64,000 nucleotides of DNA from Euprymna scolopes (Eukaryota), in NCBI GenBank assembly GCA_053919585.1, contig CM132802.1. One strand, given 5' to 3'. Every line of letters begins with the position of its first letter. Within the stretch, counting starts at the first letter, position 1. The notes under the pieces are model-generated. The model made no database searches. It was given only the letters and a program-made list of their open reading frames with translations, and had not been told where the DNA came from. Of this stretch, positions 1 through 13,600 are shown piece by piece. The position numbers and the translations under genes are program-made.

Positions 1-3000
1 GTTGGAAGTTAAAAATTTGATTAAGTTCATCAGCAACCTACAGTTGAAAGTTAAAAATTTGATTAAGTTCATTAGCAACCTACAGTTGAAAGTTAAAAAT
101 TTGATTAAGTTCATCAGTAACCTACAGTTGGAAGTTAAAAATTTGATTAAGTTCATCAGCAACCTACAGTTGAAAGTTAAAAATTTGATTAAGTTCATTA
201 GCAACCTACAGTTGAAAGTTAAAAATTTGATTAAGTTCATCAGCAACCTACAGTTGAAAGTTAAAAATTTGATTAAGTTCATTAACAACCTACAGTTGAA
301 AGTTAAAAATTTGATTAAGTTCATTAGCAACCTACAGTTGAAAGTTAAAAATTTGATTAAGTTCATCAGCAACCTACAGTTGAAAGTTAAAAATTGTATT
401 AAGTTCATCAGCAACCTACAGTTGAGAGTTAAAAATTTGATTAAGTTCATCAGCAACCTACAGTTGAAAGTTAAAAATTGGATTAAGTTCATCAGCAACC
501 TACAGTTGAAAGTTAAAAATTTGATTAAGTTCATTAGCAACCTACAGTTGAAAGTTAAAAATTTGATTAGTTCATTAGAAACCTACAGTTGAAAGTTAAA
601 AATTTGATTAAGTTCATTAGCAACCTACAGTTGAAAGTTAAAAATTTGATTAAGTTCATTAGCAACCTACAGTTGAAAGTTAAAAATTTGATTAAGTTCA
701 TTAGCAACCTACAGTTGGAAGTTAAAAATTTGATTAAGTTCATCAGCAACCTACAGTTGAAAGTTAAAAATTTGATTAAGTTCATTAGCAACCTACAGTT
801 GAAAGTTAAAAATTTGATTAAGTTCATTAGCAACCTACAGTTGAAAGTTAAAAATTTTATTAAGTTCATCAGCAACCCACAGTTGAAAGTTAAAAATTTG
901 ATTAAGTTCATCAGCAACCTACAGTTGAAAGTTAAAAATTTTATTAAGTTCATCAGCAACCTACAGTTGAGAGTTAAAAATTTGATTAAGTTCATCAGCA
1001 ACCTACAGTTGAAAGTTAAAAATTGGATTAAGTTCATCAGCAACCTACAGTTGAAAGTTAAAAATTTGATTAAGTTCATTAGCAACCTACAGTTGAAAGT
1101 TAAAAATTTGATTAGTTCATTAGAAACCTACAGTTGAAAGTTAAAAATTTGATTAAGTTCATTAGCAACCTACAGTTGAAAGTTAAAAATTTGATTAAGT
1201 TCATTAGCAACCTACAGTTGAAAGTTAAAAATTTGATTAAGTTCATTAGCAACCTACAGTTGGAAGTTAAAAATTTGATTAAGTTCATCAGCAACCTACA
1301 GTTGAAAGTTAAAAATTTGATTAAGTTCATTAGCAACCTACAGTTGAAAGTTAAAAATTTGATTAAGTTCATTAGCAACCTACAGTTGAAAGTTAAAAAT
1401 TTGATTAAGTTCATTAGCAACCTACAGTTGAAAGTTAAAAATTTGATTAAGTTCATCAGCAACCTACAGTTTAAAGTTAAAAATTTGATTAAGTTCATTA
1501 ACAACCTACAGTTGAAAGTTAAAAATTTGATAAAGTTCATTAGCAACCTACAGTTGAAAGTTAAAAATTTGATTAAGTTCATTAACAACCTACAGTTGAA
1601 AGTTAAAAATTTGATTAAGTTCATTAGCAACCTACAGTTGAAAGTTAAAAATTTGATTAAGTTCATCAGCAACCTACAGTTGAAAGTTAAAAATTTGATT
1701 AAGTTCATCAGCAACCTACAGTTGAAAGTTAAAAATTTGATTAAGTTCATTAGCAACCTACAGTTGAAAGTTAAAAATTTGATTAAGTTCATCAGCAACC
1801 TACAGTTGAAAGTTAAAAATTTGATTAAGTTCATTAACAACCTACAGTTGAAAGTTAAAAATTTGATTAAGTTCATTAGCAACCTACAGTTGAAAGTTAA
1901 AAATTTGATTAAGTTAATTAGCAACCTACAGTTAAAAGTTAAAAATTTGATTAAGTTCATTAACAACCTACAGTTGAAAGTTAAAAATTTGATTAAGTTC
2001 ATTAGCAACCTACAGTTGAAAGTTAAAAATTTGATTAAGTTCATTAGCAACCTACAGTTGAAAGTTAAAAATTTGATTAAGTTCATTAGTAACCTACAGT
2101 TGGAAGTTAAAAATTTGATTAAGTTCATCAGCAACCTACAGTTGAAAGTTAAAAATTTGATTAAGTTCATTAGCAACCTACAGTTGAAAGTTAAAAATTT
2201 GATTAAGTTCATCAGCAACCTACAGTTTAAAGTTAAAAATTTGATTAAGTTCATTAACAACCTACAGTTGAAAGTTAAAAATTTGATTAAGTTCATTAAC
2301 AACCTACAGTTGAAAGTTAAAAATTTGATTAAGTTCATTAGCAACCTACAGTTGAATGTTAAAAATTTGATTAAGTTCATTAGCAACCTACAGTTGAAAG
2401 TTAAAAATTTGATTAAGTTCATCAGCAACCTACAGTTTAAAGTTAAAAATTTGATTAAGTTCATTAACAACCTACAGTTGAAAGTTAAAAATTTGATAAA
2501 GTTCATTAGCAACCTACAGTTGAAAGTTAAAAATTTGATTAAGTTCATTAACAACCTACAGTTGAAAGTTAAAAATTTGATTAAGTTCATTAGCAACCTA
2601 CAGTTGAAAGTTAAAAATTTGATTAAGTTCATCAGCAACCTACAGTTGAAAGTTAAAAATTTGATTAAGTTCATCAGCAACCTACAGTTGAAAGTTAAAA
2701 ATTTGATTAAGTTCATTAGCAACCTACAGTTGAAAGTTAAAAATTTGATTAAGTTCATTATCAACCTACAGTTGAAAGTTACAAATTTGATTAAGTTCAT
2801 TAACAACCTACAGTTGAAAGTTAAAAATTTGATTAAGTTCATTAGCAACCTACAGTTGAAAGTTAAAAATTTGATTAAGTTCATTAGCAACCTCCAGTTG
2901 AAAGTTAAAAATTTGATTAAGTTCATCAGCAACCTACAGTTGAAAGTTAAAAATTTGATTAAGTTCATCAGCAACCTACAGTTGAAAGTTAAAAATTTGA

Positions 3001-6000
3001 TTAAGTTCATTAACAACCTACAGTTGAAAGTTAAAAATTTGATTAAGTTCATTAGCAACCTACAGTTGAAAGTTAAAAATTTGATTAAGTTAATTAGCAA
3101 CCTACAGTTGAAAGTTAAAAATTTGATTAAGTTCATTAACAACCTACGGTTGAAAGTTAAAAATTTGATTAAGTTCATTAGCAACCTACAGTTGAAAGTT
3201 AAAAATTTGATTAAGTTCATTAGCAACCTACAGTTGAAAGTTAAAAATTTGATTAAGTTCATTAGCAACCTACAGTTGGAAGTTAAAAATTTGATTAAGT
3301 TCATCAGCAACCTACAGTTGAAAGTTAAAAATTTGATTAAGTTCATTAGCAACCTACAGTTGAAAGTTAAAAATTTGATTAAGTTCATCAGCAACCTACA
3401 GTTTAAAGTTAAAAATTTGATTAAGTTCATTAACAACCTACAGTTGAAAGTTAAAAATTTGATTAAGTTCATTAACAACCTACAGTTGAAAGTTAAAAAT
3501 TTGATTAAGTTCATTAGCAACCTACAGTTGAAAGTTAAAAATTTGATTAAGTTCATTAGCAACCTACAGTTGAAAGTTAAAAATTTGATTAAGTTCATCA
3601 GCAACCTACAGTTTAAAGTTAAAAATTTGATTAAGTTCATTAACAACCTACAGTTGAAAGTTAAAAATTTGATAAAGTTCATTAGCAACCTACAGTTGAA
3701 AGTTAAAAATTTGATTAAGTTCATTAACAACCTACAGTTGAAAGTTAAAAATTTGATTAAGTTCATTAGCAACCTACAGTTGAAAGTTAAAAATTTGATT
3801 AAGTTCATCAGCAACCTACAGTTGAAAGTTAAAAATTTGATTAAGTTCATCAGCAACCTACAGTTGAAAGTTAAAAATTTGATTAAGTTCATTAGCAACC
3901 TACAGTTGAAAGTTAAAAATTTGATTAAGTTCATTAGCAACCTACAGTTGAAAGTTACAAATTTGATTAAGTTCATTAACAACCTACAGTTGAAAGTTAA
4001 AAATTTGATTAAGTTCATTAGCAACCTACAGTTGAAAGTTAAAAATTTGATTAAGTTCATTAGCAACCTCCAGTTGAAAGTTAAAAATTTGATTAAGTTC
4101 ATCAGCAACCTACAGTTGAAAGTTAAAAATTTGATTAAGTTCATCAGCAACCTACAGTTGAAAGTTAAAAATTTGATTAAGTTCATTAACAACCTACAGT
4201 TGAAAGTTAAAAATTTGATTAAGTTCATTAGCAACCTACAGTTGAAAGTTAAAAATTTGATTAAGTTAATTAGCAACCTACAGTTGAAAGTTAAAAATTT
4301 GATTAAGTTCATTAACAACCTACAGTTGAAAGTTAAAAATTTGATTAAGTTCATTAGCAACCTACAGTTGGAAGTTAAAAATTTGATTAAGTTCATCAGC
4401 AACCTACAGTTGAAAGTTAAAAATTTGATTAAGTTCATTAGCAACCTACAGTTGAAAGTTAAAAATTTGATTAAGTTCATTAGCAACCTACAGTTGGAAG
4501 TTAAAAATTTTATTAAGTTCATCAGCAACCTACAGTTGAAAGTTAAAAATTTGATTAAGTTAATTAGCAACCTACAGTTGGAAGTTAAAAATTTGATTAA
4601 GTTCATCAGCAACCTACAGTTGAAAGTTAAAAATTTGATTAAGTTCATTAGCAACCTACAGTTGAAAGTTAAAAATTTGATTAAGTTCATTAGCAACCTA
4701 CAGTTGGAAGTTAAAAATTTGATTAAGTTAATCAGCAACCTACAGTTGAAAGTTAAAAATTTGATTAAGTTCATCAGCAACCTACAGTTGAAAGTTAAAA
4801 ATTTGATTAAGTTCATTAACAACCTACAGTTGAAAGTTAAAAATTTGATTAAGTTCATTAGCAACCTACAGTTGAAAGTTAAAAATTTGATTAAGTTCAT
4901 TAGCAACCTACAGTTGAAAGTTAAAAATTTGATTAAGTTCATCAACAACCTACAGTTGAAAGTTAAAAATTTGATTAAGTTCATTAACAACCTACAGTTG
5001 AAAGTTAAAAATTTGATTAAGTTCATTAGCAACCTACAGTTGAAAGTTAAAATTTTTATTAAGTTCATCAGCAACCTACAGTTGAAAGTTAAAAATTTTA
5101 TTAAGTTCATCAGCAACCTACAGTTGAGAGTTAAAAATTTGATTAAGTTCATCAGCAACCTACAGTTGAAAGTTAAAAATTGGATTAAGTTCATCAGCAA
5201 CCTACAGTTGAAAGTTAAAAATTTGATTAAGTTCATTAGCAACCTACAGTTGAAAGTTAAAAATTTGATTAGTTCATTAGAAACCTACAGTTGAAAGTTA
5301 AAAATTTGATTAAGTTCATTAGCAACCTACAGTTGAAAGTTAAAAATTTGATTAAGTTCATTAGCAACCTACAGTTGAAAGTTACAAATTTGATTAAGTT
5401 CATTAACAACCTACAGTTGAAAGTTAAAAATTTGATTAAGTTCATTAGCAACCTACAGTTGAAAGTTAAAAATTTGATTAAGTTCATTAGCAACCTCCAG
5501 TTGAAAGTTAAAAATTTGATTAAGTTCATCAGCAACCTACAGTTGAAAGTTAAAAATTTGATTAAGTTCATCAGCAACCTACAGTTGAAAGTTAAAAATT
5601 TGATTAAGTTCATTAACAACCTACAGTTGAAAGTTAAAAATTTGATTAAGTTCATTAGCAACCTACAGTTGAAAGTTAAAAATTTGATTAAGTTAATTAG
5701 CAACCTACAGTTGAAAGTTAAAAATTTGATTAAGTTCATTAACAACCTACAGTTGAAAGTTAAAAATTTGATTAAGTTCATTAGCAACCTACAGTTGGAA
5801 GTTAAAAATTTGATTAAGTTCATCAGCAACCTACAGTTGAAAGTTAAAAATTTGATTAAGTTCATTAGCAACCTACAGTTGAAAGTTAAAAATTTGATTA
5901 AGTTCATTAGCAACCTACAGTTGGAAGTTAAAAATTTTATTAAGTTCATCAGCAACCTACAGTTGAAAGTTAAAAATTTGATTAAGTTAATTAGCAACCT

Positions 6001-7620
6001 ACAGTTGGAAGTTAAAAATTTGATTAAGTTCATCAGCAACCTACAGTTGAAAGTTAAAAATTTGATTAAGTTCATTAGCAACCTACAGTTGAAAGTTAAA
6101 AATTTGATTAAGTTCATTAGCAACCTACAGTTGGAAGTTAAAAATTTGATTAAGTTCATCAGCAACCTACAGTTGAAAGTTAAAAATTTGATTAAGTTCA
6201 TCAGCAACCTACAGTTGAAAGTTAAAAATTTGATTAAGTTCATTAACAACCTACAGTTGAAAGTTAAAAATTTGATTAAGTTCATTAGCAACCTACAGTT
6301 GAAAGTTAAAAATTTGATTAAGTTCATTAGCAACCTACAGTTGAAAGTTAAAAATTTGATTAAGTTCATCAGCAACCTACAGTTGAAAGTTAAAAATTTG
6401 ATTAAGTTCATTAACAACCTACAGTTGAAAGTTAAAAATTTGATTAAGTTCATTAGCAACCTACAGTTGAAAGTTAAAATTTTTATTAAGTTCATCAGCA
6501 ACCTACAGTTGAAAGTTAAAAATTTTATTAAGTTCATCAGCAACCTACAGTTGAGAGTTAAAAATTTGATTAAGTTCATCAGCAACCTACAGTTGAAAGT
6601 TAAAAATTGGATTAAGTTCATCAGCAACCTACAGTTGAAAGTTAAAAATTTGATTAAGTTCATTAGCAACCTACAGTTGAAAGTTAAAAATTTGATTAGT
6701 TCATTAGAAACCTACAGTTGAAAGTTAAAAATTTGATTAAGTTCATTAGCAACCTACAGTTGAAAGTTAAAAATTTGATTAAGTTCATTAGCAACCTACA
6801 GTTGAAAGTTAAAAATTTGATTAAGTTCATTAGCAACCTACAGTTGGAAGTTAAAAATTTGATTAAGTTCATCAGCAACCTACAGTTGAAAGTTAAAAAT
6901 TTGATTAAGTTCATTAGCAACCTACATTTGAAAGTTAAAAATTTGATTAAGTTCATTAGCAACCTACAGTTGAAAGTTAAAAATTTTATTAAGTTCATCA
7001 GCAACCCACAGTTGAAAGTTAAAAATTTGATTAAGTTCATCAGCAACCTACAGTTGAAAGTTAAAAATTTTATTAAGTTCATCAGCAACCTACAGTTGAG
7101 AGTTAAAAATTTGATTAAGTTCATCAGCAACCTACAGTTGAAAGTTAAAAATTGGATTAAGTTCATCAGCAACCTACAGTTGAAAGTTAAAAATTTGATT
7201 AAGTTCATTAGCAACCTACAGTTGAAAGTTAAAAATTTGATTAGTTCATTAGAAACCTACAGTTGAAAGTTAAAAATTTGATTAAGTTCATTAGCAACCT
7301 ACAGTTGAAAGTTAAAAATTTGATTAAGTTCATTAGCAACCTACAGTTGAAAGTTAAAAATTTGATTAAGTTCATTAGCAACCTACAGTTGGAAGTTAAA
7401 AATTTGATTAAGTTCATCAGCAACCTACAGTTGAAAGTTAAAAATTTGATTAAGTTCATTAGCAACCTACAGTTGAAAGTTAAAAATTTGATTAGTTCAT
7501 TAACAACCTACAGTTGAAAGTTAAAAATTTGATTAAGTTCATCAGCAACCTACAGTTGAAAGTTAAAAATTTGATTAAGTTCATTAGCAACCTACAGTTG
7601 AAAGTTAAAAATTTGATTAG
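1..7620. repeat. Satellite domain A: variant-rich HOR region with 13-mer (545 bp), 28-mer (1176 bp) and 34-mer (1427 bp) duplications
   Basis: Diagnostic variants are gttGGaag, gtTTaaag, gttgaGag, aattGgatt, aagttAat, gttaCaaa, ctCcag and the 41-bp monomer gattagttcattagAaac. ORF starts 589->1134 and 6718->7263 are each 545 apart (13x42-1). The gttacaaa marker lies at 2781, 3957 and 5384, giving spacings of 1176 (28x42) and 1427 (34x42-1). Confidence 0.85.
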
Positions 7621-10600
7621 TTCATTAACAACCTACAGTTGAAAGTTAAAAATTTGATTAAGTTCATCAGCAACCTACATTTGAAAGTTAAAAATTTGAT
7701 TAAGTTCATTAGCAACCTACATTTGAAAGTTAAAAATTTGATTAAGTTCATTAACAACCTACAGTTGAAAGTTAAAAATTTGATTAAGTTCATCAGCAAC
7801 CTACAGTTGAAAGTTAAAAATTTGATTAAGTTCATCAGCAACCTACAGTTGAAAGTTAAAAATTTGATTAAGTTCATTAACAACCTACATTTGAAAGTTA
7901 AAAATTTGATTAAGTTCATCAGCAACCTACAGTTGAAAGTTAAAAATTTGATTAAGTTCATTAGCAACCTCAAGTTGAAAGTTAAAAATTTGATTAAGTT
8001 CATTAACAACCTACAGTTGAAAGTTAAAAATTTGATTAAGTTCATTAGCAACCTACAGTTGAAAGTTAAAAATTTGATTAAGTTCATTAACAACCTACAT
8101 TTGAAAGTTAAAAATTTGATTAAGTTCATCAGCAACCTACAGTTGAAAGTTAAAAATTTGATTAAGTTCATTAGCAACCTCAAGTTGAAAGTTAAAAATT
8201 TGATTAAGTTCATTAACAACCTACAGTTGAAAGTTAAAAATTTGATTAAGTTCATCAGCAACCTACATTTGAAAGTTAGAAATTTGATTAAGTTCATCAG
8301 CAACCTACAGTTGAAAGTTAAAAATTTGATTAAGTTCATTAGCAACCTACATTTGAAAGTTAAAAATTTGATTAAGTTCATCAGCAACCTACAGTTGAAA
8401 GTTAAAAATTTGATTAAGTTCATTAGCAACCTACATTTGAAAGTTAAAAATTTGATTAAGTTCATTAACAACCTACAGTTGAAAGTTAAAAATTTGATTA
8501 AGTTCATCAGCAACCTACATTTGAAAGTTAAAAATTTGATTAAGTTCATCAGCAACCTACAGTTGAAAGTTAAAAATTTGATTAAGTTCATCAGCAACCT
8601 ACAGTTGAAAGTTAAAAATTTGATTAAGTTCATCAGCAACCTACATTTGAAAGTTAAAAATTTGATTAAGTTCATCAGCAACCTACAGTTGAAAGTTAAA
8701 AATTTGATTAAGTTCATCAGCAACCTACAGTTGAAAGTTAAAAATTTGATTAAGTTCATTAACAACCTACAGTTGAAAGTTAAAAATTTGATTAAGTTCA
8801 TCAGCAACCTACATTTGAAAGTTAAAAATTTGATTAAGTTCATCAGCAACCTACAGTTGAAAGTTAAAAATTTGATTAAGTTCATTAGCAACCTACATTT
8901 GAAAGTTAAAAATTTGATTAAGTTCATCAGCAACCTACAGTTGAAAGTTAAAAATTTGATTAAGTTCATTAGCAACCTACATTTGAAAGTTAAAAATTTG
9001 ATTAAGTTCATTAACAACCTACAGTTGAAAGTTAAAAATTTGATTAAGTTCATCAGCAACCTACATTTGAAAGTTAAAAATTTGATTAAGTTCATCAGCA
9101 ACCTACAGTTGAAAGTTAAAAATTTGATTAAGTTCATCAGCAACCTACAGTTGAAAGTTAAAAATTTGATTAAGTTCATCAGCAACCTACATTTGAAAGT
9201 TAAAAATTTGATTAAGTTCATCAGCAACCTACAGTTGAAAGTTAAAAATTTGATTAAGTTCATTAACAACCTACAGTTGAAAGTTAAAAATTTGATTAAG
9301 TTCATCAGCAACCTACATTTGAAAGTTAAAAATTTGATTAAGTTCATCAGCAACCTACAGTTGAAAGTTAAAAATTTGATTAAGTTCATCAGCAACCTAC
9401 AGTTGAAAGTTAAAAATTTGATTAAGTTCATTAACAACCTACAGTTGAAAGTTAAAAATTTGATTAAGTTCATCAGCAACCTACATTTGAAAGTTAAAAA
9501 TTTGATTAAGTTCATCAGCAACCTACAGTTGAAAGTTAAAAATTTGATTAAGTTCATTAGCAACCTACATTTGAAAGTTAAAAATTTGATTAAGTTCATC
9601 AGCAACCTACAGTTGAAAGTTAAAAATTTGATTAAGTTCATCAGCAACCTACAGTTGAAAGTTAAAAATTTGATTAAGTTCATCAGCAACCTACAGTTGA
9701 AAGTTAAAAATTTGATTAAGTTCATCAGCAACCTACAGTTGAAAGTTAAAAATTTGATTAAGTTCATTAACAACCTACAGTTGAAAGTTAAAAATTTGAT
9801 TAAGTTCATCAGCAACCTACAGTTGAAAGTTAAAAATTTGATTAAGTTCATTAACAACCTACAGTTGAAAGTTAAAAATTTGATTAAGTTCATCAGCAAC
9901 CTACATTTGAAAGTTAAAAATTTGATTAAGTTCATTAACAACCTACAGTTGAAAGTTAAAAATTTGATTAAGTTCATCAGCAACCTACAGTTGAAAGTTA
10001 AAAATTTGATTAAGTTCATTAACAACCTACAGTTGAAAGTTAAAAATTTGATTAAGTTCATCAGCAACCTACATTTGAAAGTTAAAAATTTGATTAAGTT
10101 CATTAACAACCTACAGTTGAAAGTTAAAAATTTGATTAAGTTCATCAGCAACCTACAGTTGAAAGTTAAAAATTTGATTAAGTTCATCAGCAACCTACAG
10201 TTGAAAGTTAAAAATTTGATTAAGTTCATCAGCAACCTACATTTGAAAGTTAAAAATTTGATTAAGTTCATCAGCAACCTACAGTTGAAAGTTAAAAATT
10301 TGATTAAGTTCATCAGCAACCTACAGTTGAAAGTTAAAAATTTGATTAAGTTCATTAACAACCTACAGTTGAAAGTTAAAAATTTGATTAAGTTCATCAG
10401 CAACCTACATTTGAAAGTTAAAAATTTGATTAAGTTCATCAGCAACCTACAGTTGAAAGTTAAAAATTTGATTAAGTTCATTAGCAACCTACATTTGAAA
10501 GTTAAAAATTTGATTAAGTTCATCAGCAACCTACAGTTGAAAGTTAAAAATTTGATTAAGTTCATTAGCAACCTACATTTGAAAGTTAAAAATTTGATTA

Positions 10601-13600
10601 AGTTCATTAACAACCTACAGTTGAAAGTTAAAAATTTGATTAAGTTCATCAGCAACCTACATTTGAAAGTTAAAAATTTGATTAAGTTCATCAGCAACCT
10701 ACAGTTGAAAGTTAAAAATTTGATTAAGTTCCTCCACAACCTACAGTTGAAAGTTAAAAATTTGATTAAGTTCATCAGCAACCTACATTTGAAAGTTAAA
10801 AATTTGATTAAGTTCATCAGCAACCTACAGTTGAAAGTTAAAAATTTGATTAAGTTCATCAGCAACCTACATTTGAAAGTTAAAAATTTGATTAAGTTCA
10901 TCAGCAACCTACAGTTGAAAGTTAAAAATTTGATTAAGTTCATCAGCAACCTACATTTGAAAGTTAAAAATTTGATTAAGTTCATCAGCAACCTACAGTT
11001 GAAAGTTAAAAATTTGATTAAGTTCATCAGCAACCTACAGTTGAAAGTTAAAAATTTGATTAAGTTCATCAGCAACCTACAGTTGAAAGTTAAAAATTTG
11101 ATTAAGTTCATCAGCAACCTACATTTGAAAGTTAAAAATTTGATTAAGTTCATCAGCAACCTACAGTTGAAAGTTAAAAATTTGATTAAGTTCATCAGCA
11201 ACCTACAGTTGAAAGTTAAAAATTTGATTAAGTTCATCAGCAACCTACATTTGAAAGTTAAAAATTTGATTAAGTTCATCAGCAACCTACAGTTGAAAGT
11301 TAAAAATTTGATTAAGTTCATCAGCAACCTACAGTTGAAAGTTAAAAATTTGATTAAGTTCATCAGCAACCTACATTTGAAAGTTAAAAATTTGATTAAG
11401 TTCATCAGCAACCTACAGTTGAAAGTTAAAAATTTGATTAAGTTCATCAGCAACCTACAGTTGAAAGTTAAAAATTTGATTAAGTTCATCAGCAACCTAC
11501 AGTTGAAAGTTAAAAATTTGATTAAGTTCATCAGCAACCTACATTTGAAAGTTAAAAATTTGATTAAGTTCATCAGCAACCTACAGTTGAAAGTTAAAAA
11601 TTTGATTAAGTTCATCAGCAACCTACATTTGAAAGTTAAAAATTTGATTAAGTTCATCAGCAACCTACAGTTGAAAGTTAAAAATTTGATTAAGTTCATC
11701 AGCAACCTACAGTTGAAAGTTAAAAATTTGATTAAGTTCATCAGCAACCTACATTTGAAAGTTAAAAATTTGATTAAGTTCATCAGCAACCTACAGTTGA
11801 AAGTTAAAAATTTGATTAAGTTCATTAGCAACCTCAAGTTGAAAGTTAAAAATTTGATTAAGTTCATTAACAACCTACAGTTGAAAGTTAAAAATTTGAT
11901 TAAGTTCATTAACAACCTACATTTGAAAGTTAAAAATTTGATTAAGTTCATCAGCAACCTACAGTTGAAAGTTAAAAATTTGATTAAGTTCATTAGCAAC
12001 CTCAAGTTGAAAGTTAAAAATTTGATTAAGTTCATTAACAACCTACAGTTGAAAGTTAAAAATTTGATTAAGTTCATCAGCAACCTACATTTGAAAGTTA
12101 AAAATTTGATTAAGTTCATTAACAACCTACAGTTGAAAGTTAAAAATTTGATTAAGTTCATCAGCAACCTACAGTTGAAAGTTAAAAATTTGATTAAGTT
12201 CATCAGCAACCTACAGTTGAAAGTTAAAAATTTGATTAAGTTCATCAGCAACCTACATTTGAAAGTTAAAAATTTGATTAAGTTCATTAACAACCTACAG
12301 TTGAAAGTTAAAAATTTGATTAAGTTCATCAGCAACCTACAGTTGAAAGTTAAAAATTTGATTAAGTTCATCAGCAACCTACATTTGAAAGTTAAAAATT
12401 TGATTAAGTTCATTAACAACCTACAGTTGAAAGTTAAAAATTTGATTAAGTTCATCAGCAACCTACATTTGAAAGTTAAAAATTTGATTAAGTTCATTAA
12501 CAACCTACAGTTGAAAGTTAAAAATTTGATTAAGTTCATCAGCAACCTACAGTTGAAAGTTAAAAATTTGATTAAGTTCATCAGCAACCTACATTTGAAA
12601 GTTAAAAATTTGATTAAGTTCATCAGCAACCTACAGTTGAAAGTTAAAAATTTGATTAAGTTCATCAGCAACCTACAGTTGAAAGTTAAAAATTTGATTA
12701 AGTTCATCAGCAACCTACAGTTGAAAGTTAAAAATTTGATTAAGTTCATCAGCAACCTACATTTGAAAGTTAAAAATTTGATTAAGTTCATTAACAACCT
12801 ACAGTTGAAAGTTAAAAATTTGATTAAGTTCATCAGCAACCTACAGTTGAAAGTTAAAAATTTGATTAAGTTCATTAGCAACCTCAAGTTGAAAGTTAAA
12901 AATTTGATTAAGTTCATCAGCAACCTCAAGTTGAAAGTTAAAAATTTGATTAAGTTCATTAGCAACCTCAAGTTGAAAGTTAAAAATTTGATTAAGTTCA
13001 TCAGCAACCTACATTTGAAAGTTAAAAATTTGATTAAGTTCATTAGCAACCTACATTTGAAAGTTAAAAATTTGATTAAGTTCATTAACAACCTACAGTT
13101 GAAAGTTAAAAATTTGATTAAGTTCATCAGCAACCTACAGTTGAAAGTTAAAAATTTGATTAAGTTCATCAGCAACCTACATTTGAAAGTTAAAAATTTG
13201 ATTAAGTTCATCAGCAACCTACAGTTGAAAGTTAAAAATTTGATTAAGTTCATTAGCAACCTCAAGTTGAAAGTTAAAAATTTGATTAAGTTCATCAGCA
13301 ACCTCAAGTTGAAAGTTAAAAATTTGATTAAGTTCATTAGCAACCTCAAGTTGAAAGTTAAAAATTTGATTAAGTTCATCAGCAACCTACATTTGAAAGT
13401 TAAAAATTTGATTAAGTTCATTAGCAACCTACATTTGAAAGTTAAAAATTTGATTAAGTTCATTAACAACCTACAGTTGAAAGTTAAAAATTTGATTAAG
13501 TTCATCAGCAACCTACAGTTGAAAGTTAAAAATTTGATTAAGTTCATCAGCAACCTACATTTGAAAGTTAAAAATTTGATTAAGTTCATCAGCAACCTAC

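Noticed and set aside
35-47. Dyad CAAC-ctaca-GTTG in each monomer as a hairpin, terminator or operator
   Set aside because: The stem is only 4 bp, which is expected by chance and too weak to fold stably. The common caT variant disrupts it and there is no U-tract. A protein-binding role cannot be supported from sequence alone.
43-84. Origin of the monomer from a 7-bp or 21-bp sub-repeat (gttgaaa/gttaaaa; three AGTT motifs)
   Set aside because: Only two adjacent 7-mers are similar. The rest of the monomer and its two 21-bp halves do not align convincingly.
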